The notes below the pieces were generated by a model. The model worked only from the letters and a program-made list of their open reading frames with translations. It had not been told where the DNA came from and ran no database searches. Below, one piece after another: positions 38,098 through 50,279 of a DNA stretch of 64,000 nucleotides. The stretch lies in contig MU053365.1 of the NCBI GenBank assembly GCA_013239625.1, positions 1,646,115 to 1,710,114 of the forward strand, in the 5' to 3' direction. This DNA is from Lama guanicoe (taxonomy: Eukaryota). Numbering within the stretch: the stretch's first letter is position 1; the number at the start of each line of letters is the position of its first letter. Position numbers and translations under genes: made by a program.

Positions 38098-38230
38098 CAG
38101 GGCTGCCACATTCAGCCACATTGTGTGCAGTGCCCTACTCAAAATGGTATGATTCACACAAACTAAACAATGAAGTTTGCTTTTGAAGTAGAGTAATGTA
38201 CAACATGTACATCTACATGTAGTAGTCCTG
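38098..38230 (+). pseudogene. Degenerate miR-506-family hairpin
   Basis: cagggctgccacattcagcc..gtgcagtgccctactcaaaatgg..tgaagtttgcttttgaagtagagtaatgtacaacatg; the upper half of the stem pairs poorly. Confidence 0.7.
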
Positions 38231-38419
38231 GGTGTGGGGGTGGAGCTTCAGGCACAGAGCTGCCCTCCTGAGTAAGGCACCACCTTCAGTGCTGAGCTAT
38301 TATATGCAGAGGACTCTCAGAAACACATCTTTAGAGGCCAGATCCAACATAGCAGCATCCCTGGGAAAAGCTTCTTATATGCATTATTCAGAGATTTGCA
38401 TCCTATTGTTCTAAAAATG

Positions 38420-38445
38420 CCTTTTTTAATGGTTGAATAAGATTT

Positions 38446-38480
<35 letters not shown>

Positions 38481-39450
38481 CCACATTTTCTTTATATATT
38501 CATCCATAGAGAGACACCATGTAGGCTGTTTCCATATCTTGGCTATTATAAATAATTCTACAGTAAACATGGGGGTGCGGATATCTCTTTGAGATAGTGA
38601 TATTATTTCCTTTAGATAAATACCCAGAAGTGGAATTGCTGGAACATATGATAGTTCTACTTTTAATTTTTCTCAGGATACTCCAAACTGTTTTCCCACC
38701 AAAAATGTACAAAGATTTCCCTTTTTCCATATCCTTGCCAGCATTTATTATTTCTTGTCTTTCTGATAATATTCATTCTAACAGGTATGAGGTGATATCT
38801 CATTGTGGTTTTGATTTGCATTTTCCCTGAGGATTAGTGATATCAAGCACCATTTCATGTAACTGTTGACCATTTGTATGTCTTCTTTGTAAAAATGTTC
38901 ATTCAGGTCCTTTGCCCATTATTAAATTGGACTATTTGAGTTTTTTGCTACTGAGTTGTATGTTTTCCTTATTTATTTAGGATATTGACTCCTTATCAGA
39001 TAATGTGGTTTTCAAATATTTTCTCCCATTTCATAGGTTGCCTTTTCAATTTTTAACTTCCTTTTATGTGCAGAAGCTTTTTAGTTTAGTGTAGTCCCGC
39101 TTGTTTATTTTAACTTGTGTTGCCTCTGCTTTTGGTATCTTATCCAAAAAATCATTACTAAACTACTGTCAAGGAGCTTTTCCCGGTGTTTTTCCCTAGG
39201 AGTTTTACAATTGCAGGTCTTACATTTAAGTTTTTAATCCATTTTAAGTTAATTGTTGTGAGTAGTGTAAGATAGAGGCCCAATTTTATTCTTTTGCATG
39301 TCAATATTCAGTTTTTCCAATGCCATTTATTGAAGAGACTATCCTTTCCCCACTGTCTGTTCTTGGCACTTAGTTGACTATGCATGAATGGGTTTATTTC
39401 CGGTATGTCTATTCTGTTCTTTTGATCTATGTACCTGTCTTTATGCCAGT
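38420..39450 (-). mobile_element. L1 ORF2 3' region with a (TA)n tract
   Basis: Reverse L1 motifs (gatatctcattgtggttttgatttgcat, tgtgcagaagctttttagtt). Confidence 0.9.
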
Positions 39451-39939
39451 TCTTTAGCTCACTTTGAAGTTTTACTCTTAACCCAGAGTTGTCACAGAAG
39501 AGAGGAGGAGAGAGTAAGCACTAGCCCCTGCAGGCCATTACAAGACTGAAGCACAACCTGAGAACCAAGGTGTAAATGTTACATGCCCATATCAAGGAAT
39601 GGGCCATAACCTGATAACCTGATGCCACATCACCTCCCAGAGAAGCTCTTTAAATCAGATCAGGCTGTTGAGAAGGCACCTGATATATGTGGATTTCGTT
39701 GTCTATCTCCAAGTCACCGTGGACCCTAAAAGCCTCACCCAGTGCCATGAGAAAATTTAGGCTGTAGTGAAGAGAAAAGAAATTGTTCTATTCCATCTCT
39801 TAACATTGTTATCAAGGTACCACATCTGTTTACTTCTTACAGTGTCCATTCTTTTATTTTCTTACATGCTCAGCATTTCCCTATGCAGTAGGTGGCATCT
39901 AGCCATAATATGTGCTAGGTTGCAGCAGGACCTTAGAGA

Positions 39940-40400
39940 AGTTTGGTCTCAGGTTTTGTTTGTGTTTATTGAGGAGTAAAGTAATTTTTTGTGTGTATGT
40001 TTTTGGGGCATTGCATTTGTGTGTGTGAGGATATACTCTATATTTTTTTTGGTTTGTTTCCATTTTATTTTTTTTAATTAATTCTTGTTTATGATGTTTT
40101 TGTTTATTAAAATTTAGTTTGTGCATTATTTTTTGTTGCTATTTTATGTGCTTGTTTGCTTCTTTGGTTTGTTTCCTGTGCAGTCTTGTGTATTTGAATT
40201 TGTTGTATTTTGTGCATTCTTTTTACTGCTCTGTTGATTGGTATTTTTAAAATGTGTGTTATTTAGAATTTTCAGTAGTATTTTTAATTTCTTATGTTTG
40301 CACTACACTATTTTTTGTGGATTATCTTTTGGTTTGTTTCATTATCTGCATGTTTATTTGGATGTGTTGCTTTGTCTACATGTTGACTTTCAGACTTTCA
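39940..40400 (+). repeat. G/T-rich, C-poor tract
   Basis: Seen directly. Confidence 0.8.
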
Positions 40401-40933
40401 CATGTGTAATGTTGCTGCTGTTTCTGCTGCTGCAGCCCTCCATGTATGATCAGAGGATGCCAAGCTGAAGCCCACGTGGTGATACAAGGAAGACTCATGG
40501 TGTGAAGAAGAAGATAATTCTCTCAAGCAGTTCCATCCAAGCTCTATCTGGTCTGCAATATCTAAATGCGATGAGTGAGTTGTGTGATTCTTTCTACTAA
40601 ACAACTGACTTTGGGGAGGTACAACGTCATTTTGCATGTGGCAGCTAGGTCAAAATGAAAATAAGCTGAATAATGGAGGCACATATTCTGTGTCCATGAG
40701 GAAGAGGGAAAAGGAAAGGAGGAAGGCTTATTCTCTCTCAGTCCTAAAATCTGTCTCATTAAATGCACAGCAGGGGAGGGGATAAGCAGTCAGGGAAAGG
40801 AAGAAGAGAGAGGAGAGTATGTTGGTTATTTTCTAGATCTTTTGGGTATATTCTGCTGATTACTCATTGGCTGAGTGTTGGGGTATTGATTAAACTGCCA
40901 TAGTGAGGGAAGGTGCTTTTTTTGTGGTTTAGG

Positions 40934-41066
40934 TAGGGTCACCACCTTTAGCTATGCTGTGTGCAGTGCTCCACTTCAGGAAGTGCCATCCATGTGGCTA
41001 GAGATATGATTGGCATCTCCTAGAGTGAAGTAATGCACAACACGTACGATGTCAGTGCTGGCCTTG
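40934..41066 (+). ncRNA. MIR507: miR-507 orthologue (5p 40972-40992, 3p 41007-41028)
   Basis: tgctgtgtgcagtgctccacttcaggaagtgccatccatgtggctagagatatg..gagtgaagtaatgcacaaca follows recalled hsa-mir-507 and lies ~310 bp upstream of the miR-506 copy, a close pairing as in human. Confidence 0.85.
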
Positions 41067-41245
41067 GGAGAGGGGATATGGTCATGTGCTCATAGGTATC
41101 ATTTTTTGAATCTTGGAACCACCCACCTAGTGCTGGTTCAACTCATGGGACCCTTTAAGAGCCTTCTATAACCTAGAGAAGGAGGGTCCCGGAAAAATGC
41201 TCACCTACAGGTTCTCCAGGGTTTTATATTGCTGTTAAAAAAGGT

Positions 41246-41375
41246 CAGGGCTGCCACCTTCAGCTACTGTGTTCAGTGCCCTACTCAGGAAGGTGTTGTT
41301 TACATAGATTGATATGTGAATGGCACCTTATGAGTAGAGCAATGTATAATGTGGACAACATTTGTGGTGGCATTA
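41246..41375 (+). ncRNA. MIR506: miR-506 orthologue (5p 41282-41302, 3p 41317-41338)
   Basis: tactcaggaaggtgtt..atagattgatatgtgaatggcaccttatgagtagag..tggacaacatttgtggtggc; the 3' tail matches recalled hsa-mir-506 and the arms pair. Confidence 0.85.
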
Positions 41376-41884
41376 GTAGTGGTGGGTGGATATTTAGTTC
41401 CAGAGCTGCACTCCCTCGAGTCTGGGTACCCACCTTTAAGTGATGGGTCGCCTCCTAATACTCTCTGAAACACCTCTTAAAACACCTGATCCAGAATTTG
41501 AGGGCCCCTGGGAAAAGTCTCCCATGTGGGATCTTCAGGTATTTATAGCTCTTTGTCCACAAAAGGACTGACCACAGTTAGAACAGTATTTGGGGTATGA
41601 ACATGAACCTTTATCTCTTGTATTTCTTAGCCTTTCCTCCCTGTGCAACCCAAATACACTTACTACTTTCAAAACTCCTGAAGAGTTTACACCTAATTGC
41701 TTTCCTCATAATAATCAAGCTTTCTTTTTTGGCAGCCAGAACACCCTCCTGCCCTTCCCTGCTGAACCCCAAACTCCTTTAACCCTCTTATGGAGTGTTG
41801 CTAGCTCTCTCTTCAAGGTTTAGATGCTCCACAATTCCTTTGAATATTCCTGTATACCCTTGATGATTTTATCACATTAGTAAT

Positions 41885-43110
41885 ACACACACACACACAC
41901 ACACACACACCCCTATTAAAGAAAGAGAGATTGAGATTGGTTTGTTACAAAGAATTGGCTCACTTTATTAGAGAGTCTAAGTCCCAAGTTGTTAATTTCC
42001 AAGATCTGCAGGGTGAGCTAGTAAGCTGGAGACCCAGAGTAACTAACCCAGGTTCCAGTCTGAAAGCTGGCAGAGTTGAGACTCAGGAAGAATTAATGTT
42101 TTAGTTCAAGTCCAAAGGCAGGAAGAAACTTATGTCTCAGCTCAAAGGCAGTCAGGCAGGAGGGATTCTCTCTTACTCAGTGATGGTGAGCCTTTTTGTT
42201 CTATTCAAGCCTTCAACTGATTTGATGAGGCCCAAAATTAAGGAGAGCAATCTGCTTTACTCCATCTACCAATTTGATGTTAATTTCACCCCAAAACACC
42301 CTTACAGGAGCACTCAGAATATGTTTTTACCAAATATCTGGACACACTGTGGCCCAATCAAATTGACACATAAAATTAAACATCAAAAAATCCACCCCTT
42401 GTCAACTTGGAGCCCATATGCATCTCCTGAACGCTTACTTAATCTCCAAATGAAGGCAATAACATGGTCATAATTCTTCCTAACATGATAAAACTATCTT
42501 GTGTACAACTGCAAATGCACTAACCCCTTCCCCGTAAGAGGAAGTAAAGTCCTTGAGTGATGTTTACTCTTCTCCTTGATATCCCATGACTGAAATACTA
42601 TGATGTAAAGGTTAAAATATTTAATTACCATGATTTAAAGTCAATGCATCTTATGTTACAGGATAATGAGACAACAGAGAGAAGGAAGCAAGCAGATTTG
42701 CTGTATAGTATACACAAATACATTCATAACAAAGTAAGTTGGAAATACGACAATTACACATTTCTGTAACTGGTTATGTGATTGTAACTGTCATTTATAA
42801 TTACCTCTTCCACTACCCATTCTGTATTTTCTCTGTCTTCAGCAGGCACTTCAGCTGATCATGATTCTTTACTTGGTAGGGTGATCCAAACCTTCTTTCC
42901 TGAAGATTCTGGGCCATCTGTAGTCCTGCCTGGAATGGATTGTTGTGGGTTTTCATTTATCTTAGTCACAGGTCCAGTAATACTAAGAGATGTCCTAAAG
43001 GATCTCCTATATTCCAGACATAATCTTCTTACTTCCATTGTAGAGTATAAATCCAGTTTCCTCTTGGTAGTCTTGATCAATCACCCTAACTCCCTTCTCA
43101 GACCTTTTGA
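41885..43110 (-). mobile_element. ERV-L 3' internal fragment (42390-43110) plus MLT2 3' LTR (~41910-42384), with a (CA)n tract at its left edge
   Basis: The minus-strand LTR start tgatgtttaattttatgtgtcaatttg is preceded by the PPT-like aaggggtgga. ORF 42859..43080 (PQQSIPGRTTDGPESSGKKVWITLP) matches the ERV-L pol C-terminal region. Confidence 0.85.
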
Positions 43111-43534
43111 AAATCAGGAAATATTGCATTGGCTTTTCTTTCTCCATGTTTTAAGGGTATCTCTTCTTAAGCCACAGCTGTCATGAGACACACACACAGA
43201 AATGAAATAGTTACCTAATTTACATTGCTGTATTAGGAAATGTGGAGTATCCTGATGCCTTCTTCCAGGAAAATTCCTTTAAATTACAATCAAGCATTGG
43301 TAAATGATGATTAGGGGATTTGCACCCCATGTCTCTCCTCACCTCAAGGTGTTGGGGGATGTATAGGTTATAATGAAATGGAAGGAAATTACTTTCTTTC
43401 TTAATAACATTATGTTGTACCACATCTGTCTACTGTTCATAGTGTCTGTTCCCATCCTTTCTGCACTCCAAAGGTTTCTCCAAGGGCTGGATCTTGTTAC
43501 CCCAGTCTTTTCTTGTTGGTAACAGTGACTCTTT

Positions 43535-44080
43535 GACATTTGTTCTAAAGCTTTTTTTGTGTGATTATATTGTGGTGGGAGGTGTCGTATATGTGTTTGT
43601 GTATACCTTGGTGTGTGTATCCACACATCTGTGTGTGCATGGGGCATGTTGTATGGGGATTTTGTTATGTAGTTTCTGGAGTTTGGAGTTTGGTTTTTGT
43701 TATACTTTTACTATTCCTACCAGTTTGTTTTATGTGTAGGGTTTTGCTTTGTTTGATTTTTACTTCTTTTGAATTTTGTGAGTTTAAATTTATTTTTAGA
43801 CTTCACATGCTCTTTCTTATTGGTATTCTGGTTGGTATTTTTTAATGCATGTTGATTGGAATTTTGTATTTTTTTGTTATTATTTTTGTTTCACTGTGTT
43901 ATTTGTTGTGTTTTTATTTGTATATTGATTTGTGCATATGTTATTTGTTTGGACTTTGAATTGTGTGTTGCTAGAGTTCTTCTGATGACTTATCAGTTTG
44001 ACTTGTTTTGCTTGTAAGGTTTTATTGTTTGTTTTAGATTATTATGCGATTAGATGTGTCTGTGCATCTGTGTGTAGCTT
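43535..44080 (+). repeat. G/T-rich, C-poor tract
   Basis: Seen directly. Confidence 0.8.
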
Positions 44081-45871
44081 CATGGTGTAATGGGTCTTAG
44101 AATCTCCTACTATGTGCTAGGTTGCTACAAAGACTTCTCTGAAGCTACTACTGATGGGTGGGTGAAATAGAGGAGAAGAAATTGTACTCATGCTAATGAT
44201 TGAAGGAAAGTTTAGAGTTGTTATTCTTTCCGCTTAAGAAGTTTAAGGAGGCATGTCAAGAGCTCAAATACTTCAAGGAAGATAGAATTGGACAAAAGAG
44301 AAATTGATCTATGTAAATGTTTCTGTGTAATCTGACTTTGGTTACTTTTCATGAATTTTAATAAATTTAAAGAAAGGATCAAGATACTTAGAATCATTTT
44401 ATTCTCTGAAATATGTTTCATTGACCATGACCAAGCCCTGGGACTGAGCTGTATACTGCCCTGTCTTTTGGGAGTTATAGATATTTAGTAGACTGATGGG
44501 AATGATGCACAGGAACACCTGAGACAACGAATCTCCATTATTTTCCCATACCAATTTAAAATAAGTACATGGCTACTGTGAAAGATGCTTCTAATCATTC
44601 AGTCTTATTAAACTAAATGCAGAATAATCCAGCCCAGTACCATGTGTTGGAAAGGAAGGAATTCTATCCAGTTCCCCATCAACACAGTTTCATTATATCT
44701 ATAGTATCCAAATTAGATGGGGCATCTCTCTACTGTATTCTATTATTTCTATTAGAATTGCTTTGGAAAATTAGAAAGAAAGTAATATATCTTGAGTTGG
44801 GGCTAGGAAGAAACAAAACAGAGTCTAGGTGGCCTGTTTCAGTTGGAAATTTCCCTTGAGAGCATGAATTTATGGTCATAGGCTATCATAAGTCTTTCTG
44901 TATTACACACAAATATTAGGGAATGTGTGATGTTTCTTACATTTAAAGAAGATAACTAGTTTTATGGACATTTGAAAAAACAAGGGAACAGATGCAGACA
45001 GGAAGACAAGGAGGCATCCAGATTACATTTTCCTCACTCTTATATTACCGTATATTTCAAAAGTAAGAAATGTAGCTGATATATATTTACACAAATGCTC
45101 TTATATCTCTTTTCACAAGAACTTCCAGAACCCATTTTTCATATTTTTAAATCAACCCTGTGTTTGTTCTGGTATTATCCCTTATATTTCCCTCTAACTT
45201 GTTCCAGGCTCAGTTTGTCAAGGAAATGCAGGCACCTAGTAGCATATCACAGAATGTAAAAATGTGGAAATGTGCTAATAACAACCATGCATCCAAAGAA
45301 AAGTTCAGAAAACTCAGGAGCTAAGAGGATGAGGCACCAAGAATATTCTCTGTCTTGTTGACAACTCCTGATAAGTAACTCTTTTATTCATTCCAGAGTC
45401 TAAGAAGGGAAAGAGTCCTCTACTCTCTCCATCCCACCAGCTACTGATTATTCTTCCATTCTTTGCTTCTAAGATCCTGCGTTTTACCTGCTTATTTTGT
45501 GTCTCAGGAGGTGAGGTAAGCAACTTAGGTAGAGGGACTCAGATCTTTAGGTGACAAGGGAAGAGTTAGTGTGATGGAATATATTTTCTGCCTAAATATT
45601 GAATCTGGGAAATGCAAATTACTTGTTAATAAACATATATAACAGTGGGAAAAGAATCAAGATAAGACTTGTGAAGATATTTCTTCTATGAGCAGGAGCA
45701 CTTAAGAGGAGGTATTAATGGTTCTCAGTTCCTATAACTGTCATGTGAAAACCTCAACATGTGAGAGGATAGCACTCAGGGATGGATGGAAGAGAAAAGT
45801 CAGCAGTGTGGGTGCTATAGAGTTCCTTTGGACAAATGCTGGTGGCCACTCACAGCCTGAAAACATGAGGA

Positions 45872-46295
45872 TGTATCTGTTTCCTAGGACACCCATAAGA
45901 AAGTACTACAAACTGTGTGGCTTTACCCAAAAGAAATCTATTGTTTCATAGTTCTGAAGGCTAGAATTCCAAAATCAAGGTGTTGGCAGAGGCATGCTCT
46001 CTGAAACTTGTAGGAGAATCCTTCCTTGCCTATTCCTGCCTTCTGGTGGTTTGCCAGCTATCTTTGGAATCCCTTGGCTTACAGATGAATAACTCCAGTC
46101 CTCCAACATCTTCACACCTTTCTACCCGTGTCTCTGTCTGTGCCTGTTCATCTGTTACAAGAATGTCAGTCACATTGGGTTGGATTAGGGACCCATCCTA
46201 CTCCAGAATGACCACATCATAACTGCATCTGCAATGACCCCATTTCCATATAAGGTCACATTCTTGGGGGTTAGGACTTCAGCATACCTTTTTGT
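45872..46295 (-). mobile_element. MLT1 MaLR LTR
   Basis: tgtatctgtttcctagg..aaactgtgtggcttt..gttctgaaggctagaattccaaaatcaaggtgttggcag..taaggtcacattct. Confidence 0.85.
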
Positions 46296-46299
46296 GTAT

Positions 46300-48139
46300 G
46301 AGGAACTTAGCAAATCATCTCCCCCAAAAGGTAACAATGAAACAGGACAAAATTATCAAAGATGACCATTTAAGTCCCTGGAAACTGACCAAATACCAAA
46401 CAGATGCAACAAAGTTAGAAACACTTATTCAAGAAAATCTGCTGAATTACAGTAAGGTCAGTTGAAGTTTGTGGCATTTTAGCCAGGGGCTATTCCCATC
46501 ACACACCCCAGGGCTGTGGTGCATAAATTCTACCCTAGATAGTAAGACAGGCTGTAAGGACTGGCATCTCACTCTGTCCACCCTCTAAATTCAGCTCCAT
46601 GACACAAAAGTTCTACCCAAAGACAAGTGCTATAGGACACTGAGACTGTCATCTCTGTGGTTCTGCCTGAAGTGGTTGACTTCATTCAGAGCAGATCATG
46701 GAAAAATCAGTTCCCAGAGACATCGTACAAAACAACAGAGATCTCATTGTTAAAGAGTCAGGGAAAGCTAACATCCCAGTGATACTACATGAGGTGGAGT
46801 TAAAAATGGCAGAGTAGCCAGAAATTTTACTGGGTAATCCTGTAAAAGAAGCTGCCAAAAACAGTTGTACTGTGGTCAGATTCTGCATGTATGGGTGAAA
46901 ATAAAAAGATAGAAAAATACATGCAATACAAATAGCAACCATAAGAGAGCTAAAGTACCTGTACTAATATCAGATGAAGTAGAAATAGAAAGAAAAAATA
47001 TTTCTAAAGAAAATGAGAAATAATTTATAATGGTAAATGATCAATTAATCAGGAATAAATAGTGTTTATAAACATGCACATCTAACAAAAGAGACCCATA
47101 ATACAAAAAAAAATTAGGAGAAGAAACAGGTAATTTAACAATAATAGACAAAATTCATATGATCATCGCAATAGATGTAGAAAAAGCATTTGACAAAATT
47201 CAACCACATTGCTTGATAAAAGCCATCAACAAATTAGGAATTAGGAATAGAAGAAAACTTCCTCACTCTAATAAAACTCATCTATGAAAAACCTATAGCT
47301 AGCATCATTCTTAATGGTGAAAAATTGAAAATTTTCCCTTTAGGATTGGGAATTTTAAAAAGTCCACTTTTACCACTTTTTTTTTAACATTGTACTCGAG
47401 ATTAAAACCAAGACAATTAGGAAGAAAAATAAAAGACATCCAGCCTGAGAAGGAAGTAATGGAACCATACTCATTCACAAACAACATGAACTTGTGGAAA
47501 ATCCTAAAAAAAAATCCAAAAGCTAATATAATTAACAGATTCATCAAGATCAATATTTACAAATCATTGTGTATATATATACTAACAATAAACAATCTGA
47601 AATGAAATGAGGAGAACAATTCTAATTATAGAGAATCAAAAACAATAAAATATCTAGGAAAAATTTAACAGTGCAAGATTTGTAAACTGAAAAATGTGTA
47701 GAAATTTGGTAAAAGAAATTAAAGGAGACTTAAATAAATTTAAAGATAGACTGTGTTCATGGATTGGAAGACTTAATATGGCTAAGATAGTAATTGACCA
47801 GGTTGATACAACAATTTTAAATATATAGGCACTCAATATAAGTGTACCTAAATGTAAAAGGTAAATATTCACCGAAGTAAAGGGAGAAATAGACAACAAT
47901 AAAATAATAGAAGGGGACTTCAATATTCCACTTTCCACGATAAATAGAATATCCAGACGGAAAATCAGTAAGGCAATAGTGGACTTGAACAATACTATAG
48001 ATCAACTGACCCTAATAGACATACACAGAATGTATATTCTGCTCACATTCTTTTAAAGCAATATGGAACACGGTCCAGGAGAGATCATATGTTAGGTGGC
48101 AAAACATATCTCAGCAAATTTAAGAAGATTGAAATCACT
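46300..48139 (+). mobile_element. Jumbled L1M fragments (5' region, endonuclease and RT pieces)
   Basis: atagatgtagaaaaagcatttgacaaaattcaa ([10 protein letters not shown]) and gggacttcaatattccactttcc (GDFNxPLS). Confidence 0.8.
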
Positions 48140-48422
48140 TTAGAGGTGGTCCACAGCCTAGCCTTGGTGGGCAGCACAGAGGGGTGCCTCTGTTGCCCAG
48201 GTATGAGGCAGTTCACTAGAGACTGTATGTTCCTGAGGCTGATGGCACCTCACGTAGCCTGAGCAGCATGCTCTGCCCCTCCCCACCAGCCTCCTTCTGT
48301 GCCTGGGGCCCATTGTACCTGCCCCACTACCTGACCAGAGCTCTTTGTGTCCCTTGGCCTAGAGAACAGCATGTCGCCTGGTGACTTCTGACACTGCCTG
48401 CCAGCCATTATCTAGATTCAAG

Positions 48423-48999
48423 GGGAATAATCATCAAGTTACATTGTGTGGTGAAGTGTGTGAGTCCTGTGTTTCAGGATGCCGTAAGAATGATATTCTT
48501 CTAATCTTGAAGGAAAGAGATGAAGATGCTCATTACCCAGTTGTGGTTAATGTCATGACCTTTTTAGAAACCAACCTGAAAACTGGGGAATGTTTCAACA
48601 TATTTCCCAATGAAGGACTATTTTTGAAGATCAGCCTTGACAGTTCTCTACAAACTCGTGGTTGCCAGAGGGGAGGGGGATGGAAAGGGACAGACTGGGA
48701 GTTTGAAATTTGTAGATGATGAGAGGTATATATAGAATAAATAAACAAGTTTATACTATATAGCAAAGGGAAATATATACAAGATCTTGTAGTAGCTCAT
48801 GGTGAAAAATAATATGAAAATGAATATATGTACATTCATGTATGACTGAAAAATTGTGCTGTACACCAGAAATTGACACAACATTGTAATCTGACTATAA
48901 TTCAATAAAATTTAAAAAAAAAACCTTGACAATTCTCTCTAGTCTCTTTCTCAGTCTGAGGGTGTCTCCATAAAGCAAGTCTTCATGCCGAAATATTAG
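48423..48999 (+). pseudogene. MCM9: MCM9 pseudogene fragment (about codons 1-101), start codon lost, interrupted by L1
   Basis: The translation [64 protein letters not shown] matches the recalled human MCM9 N-terminus [64 protein letters not shown]. After the insert it resumes as SLSQSEGVSIKQ..LHA, with stops and frameshifts. Confidence 0.9.
48650..48923 (+). mobile_element. 5'-truncated young L1 3' end
   Basis: L1 3'UTR ending in aataaaa plus poly-A, with a 15-bp TSD ccttgaca(g/a)ttctct at 48635-48649 and 48924-48938. Confidence 0.9.
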
Positions 49000-50279
49000 G
49001 TGAATCACTTAAGGATTTTACTGCCCTGTTATTCTCTAGGAAGATGCCGAGAAATTATAACGCACTGGAATCAGAGCAATGAGATATAATTGACATTTAT
49101 ACTTAAAATGTATCCATCATATAGTTGATAATCCCTTCGTTTAAAGCAGAATAATGATTTTATACTGTTTTCTCTGGACATTTGGAAGGCTAGGATCCTA
49201 GCCATGCCAACTGAGGGGAGGGAATATGTATGGAGACAACAGTATACTTGTATGCCTATATATTTCTGTGTGTATATAAAATTATAATCCAAAGCAGCTT
49301 TATGAGCTTTGGTGACTACTAACAATAAAGGAATTGATAATACAAAGAATTAGAAAAGTGGTAGATGCTACCCAGGGATCTTCAAAACTATCTTAGGAAA
49401 TTCATTATTTTTATAAGTCAAGATTAGCATTGTGCTGGCCATCTGTTTGTCACTCAATATCTTTTTGTTGAATGAATGACAGATTAATCATCTTAATTTT
49501 AAAGAAGCCACAGTAGAACAATCAGCAACTTGTGGTGGCAAATCTATGTCTTTGAATTTCTGCAATCTATGATTAAGTTGGAGAACACACATACCTTTTT
49601 GTTTAATAATAAACACTTTTTAGAAAGTGGGGATTTATAATCAACAAAAACCATGTATTGATTCCAAAAAGGTTGGGAGTCACTATAGTAGAATTTCTTG
49701 GAAACAAATTAAGATTCCAAAATAGACCATACACTTAAGTGAAAAGTAATATCTGAAATTATACTTACTAGAATACAATTATTAAAATAATTAATTTTAT
49801 GTACTAGGACACTAGATTATCTCTTGCTAGGATTAATAAGAAATGTTCCCTTCTAATAAGGTTGCAAAAGTATTGTTAAATGGTGCCTTAGTTAATATTG
49901 TTAAAATTATTTTTAAGAAATGGTTTTCGGCAGTCTTTACATTTAGATAACTTTCCATACTTACTTTAAATACTACTTAAGTGACCCTATTGATTTCAGG
50001 TGAATTTAGCCTATTTTTTCAATTCTTCTCTAAAAAAGTAAATTATAAATTATTTTACTACCATGGCAATGTTCATTCTAGAAATATATCATGTGTGGGC
50101 ATTTGCTAGACTCTTGGGATACCAAAAAAATATGATATAGCCCCTAATCTAAAGGAAGTCGAGTATAGAGAGGAGACAGAAATATACTCAAGTATTTGCC
50201 AAATGTTATATATGTATGCCTACAGATACATGCATGTGTGAATTTAAACATTATTGTAAAATATATTAATGGCAACTTT

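Noticed and set aside
48381..48719. 112-aa ORF as a functional MCM9 mini-protein
   Set aside because: The true ATG is mutated, an internal deletion/frameshift follows NEGL, and the C-terminus reads into L1 sequence.
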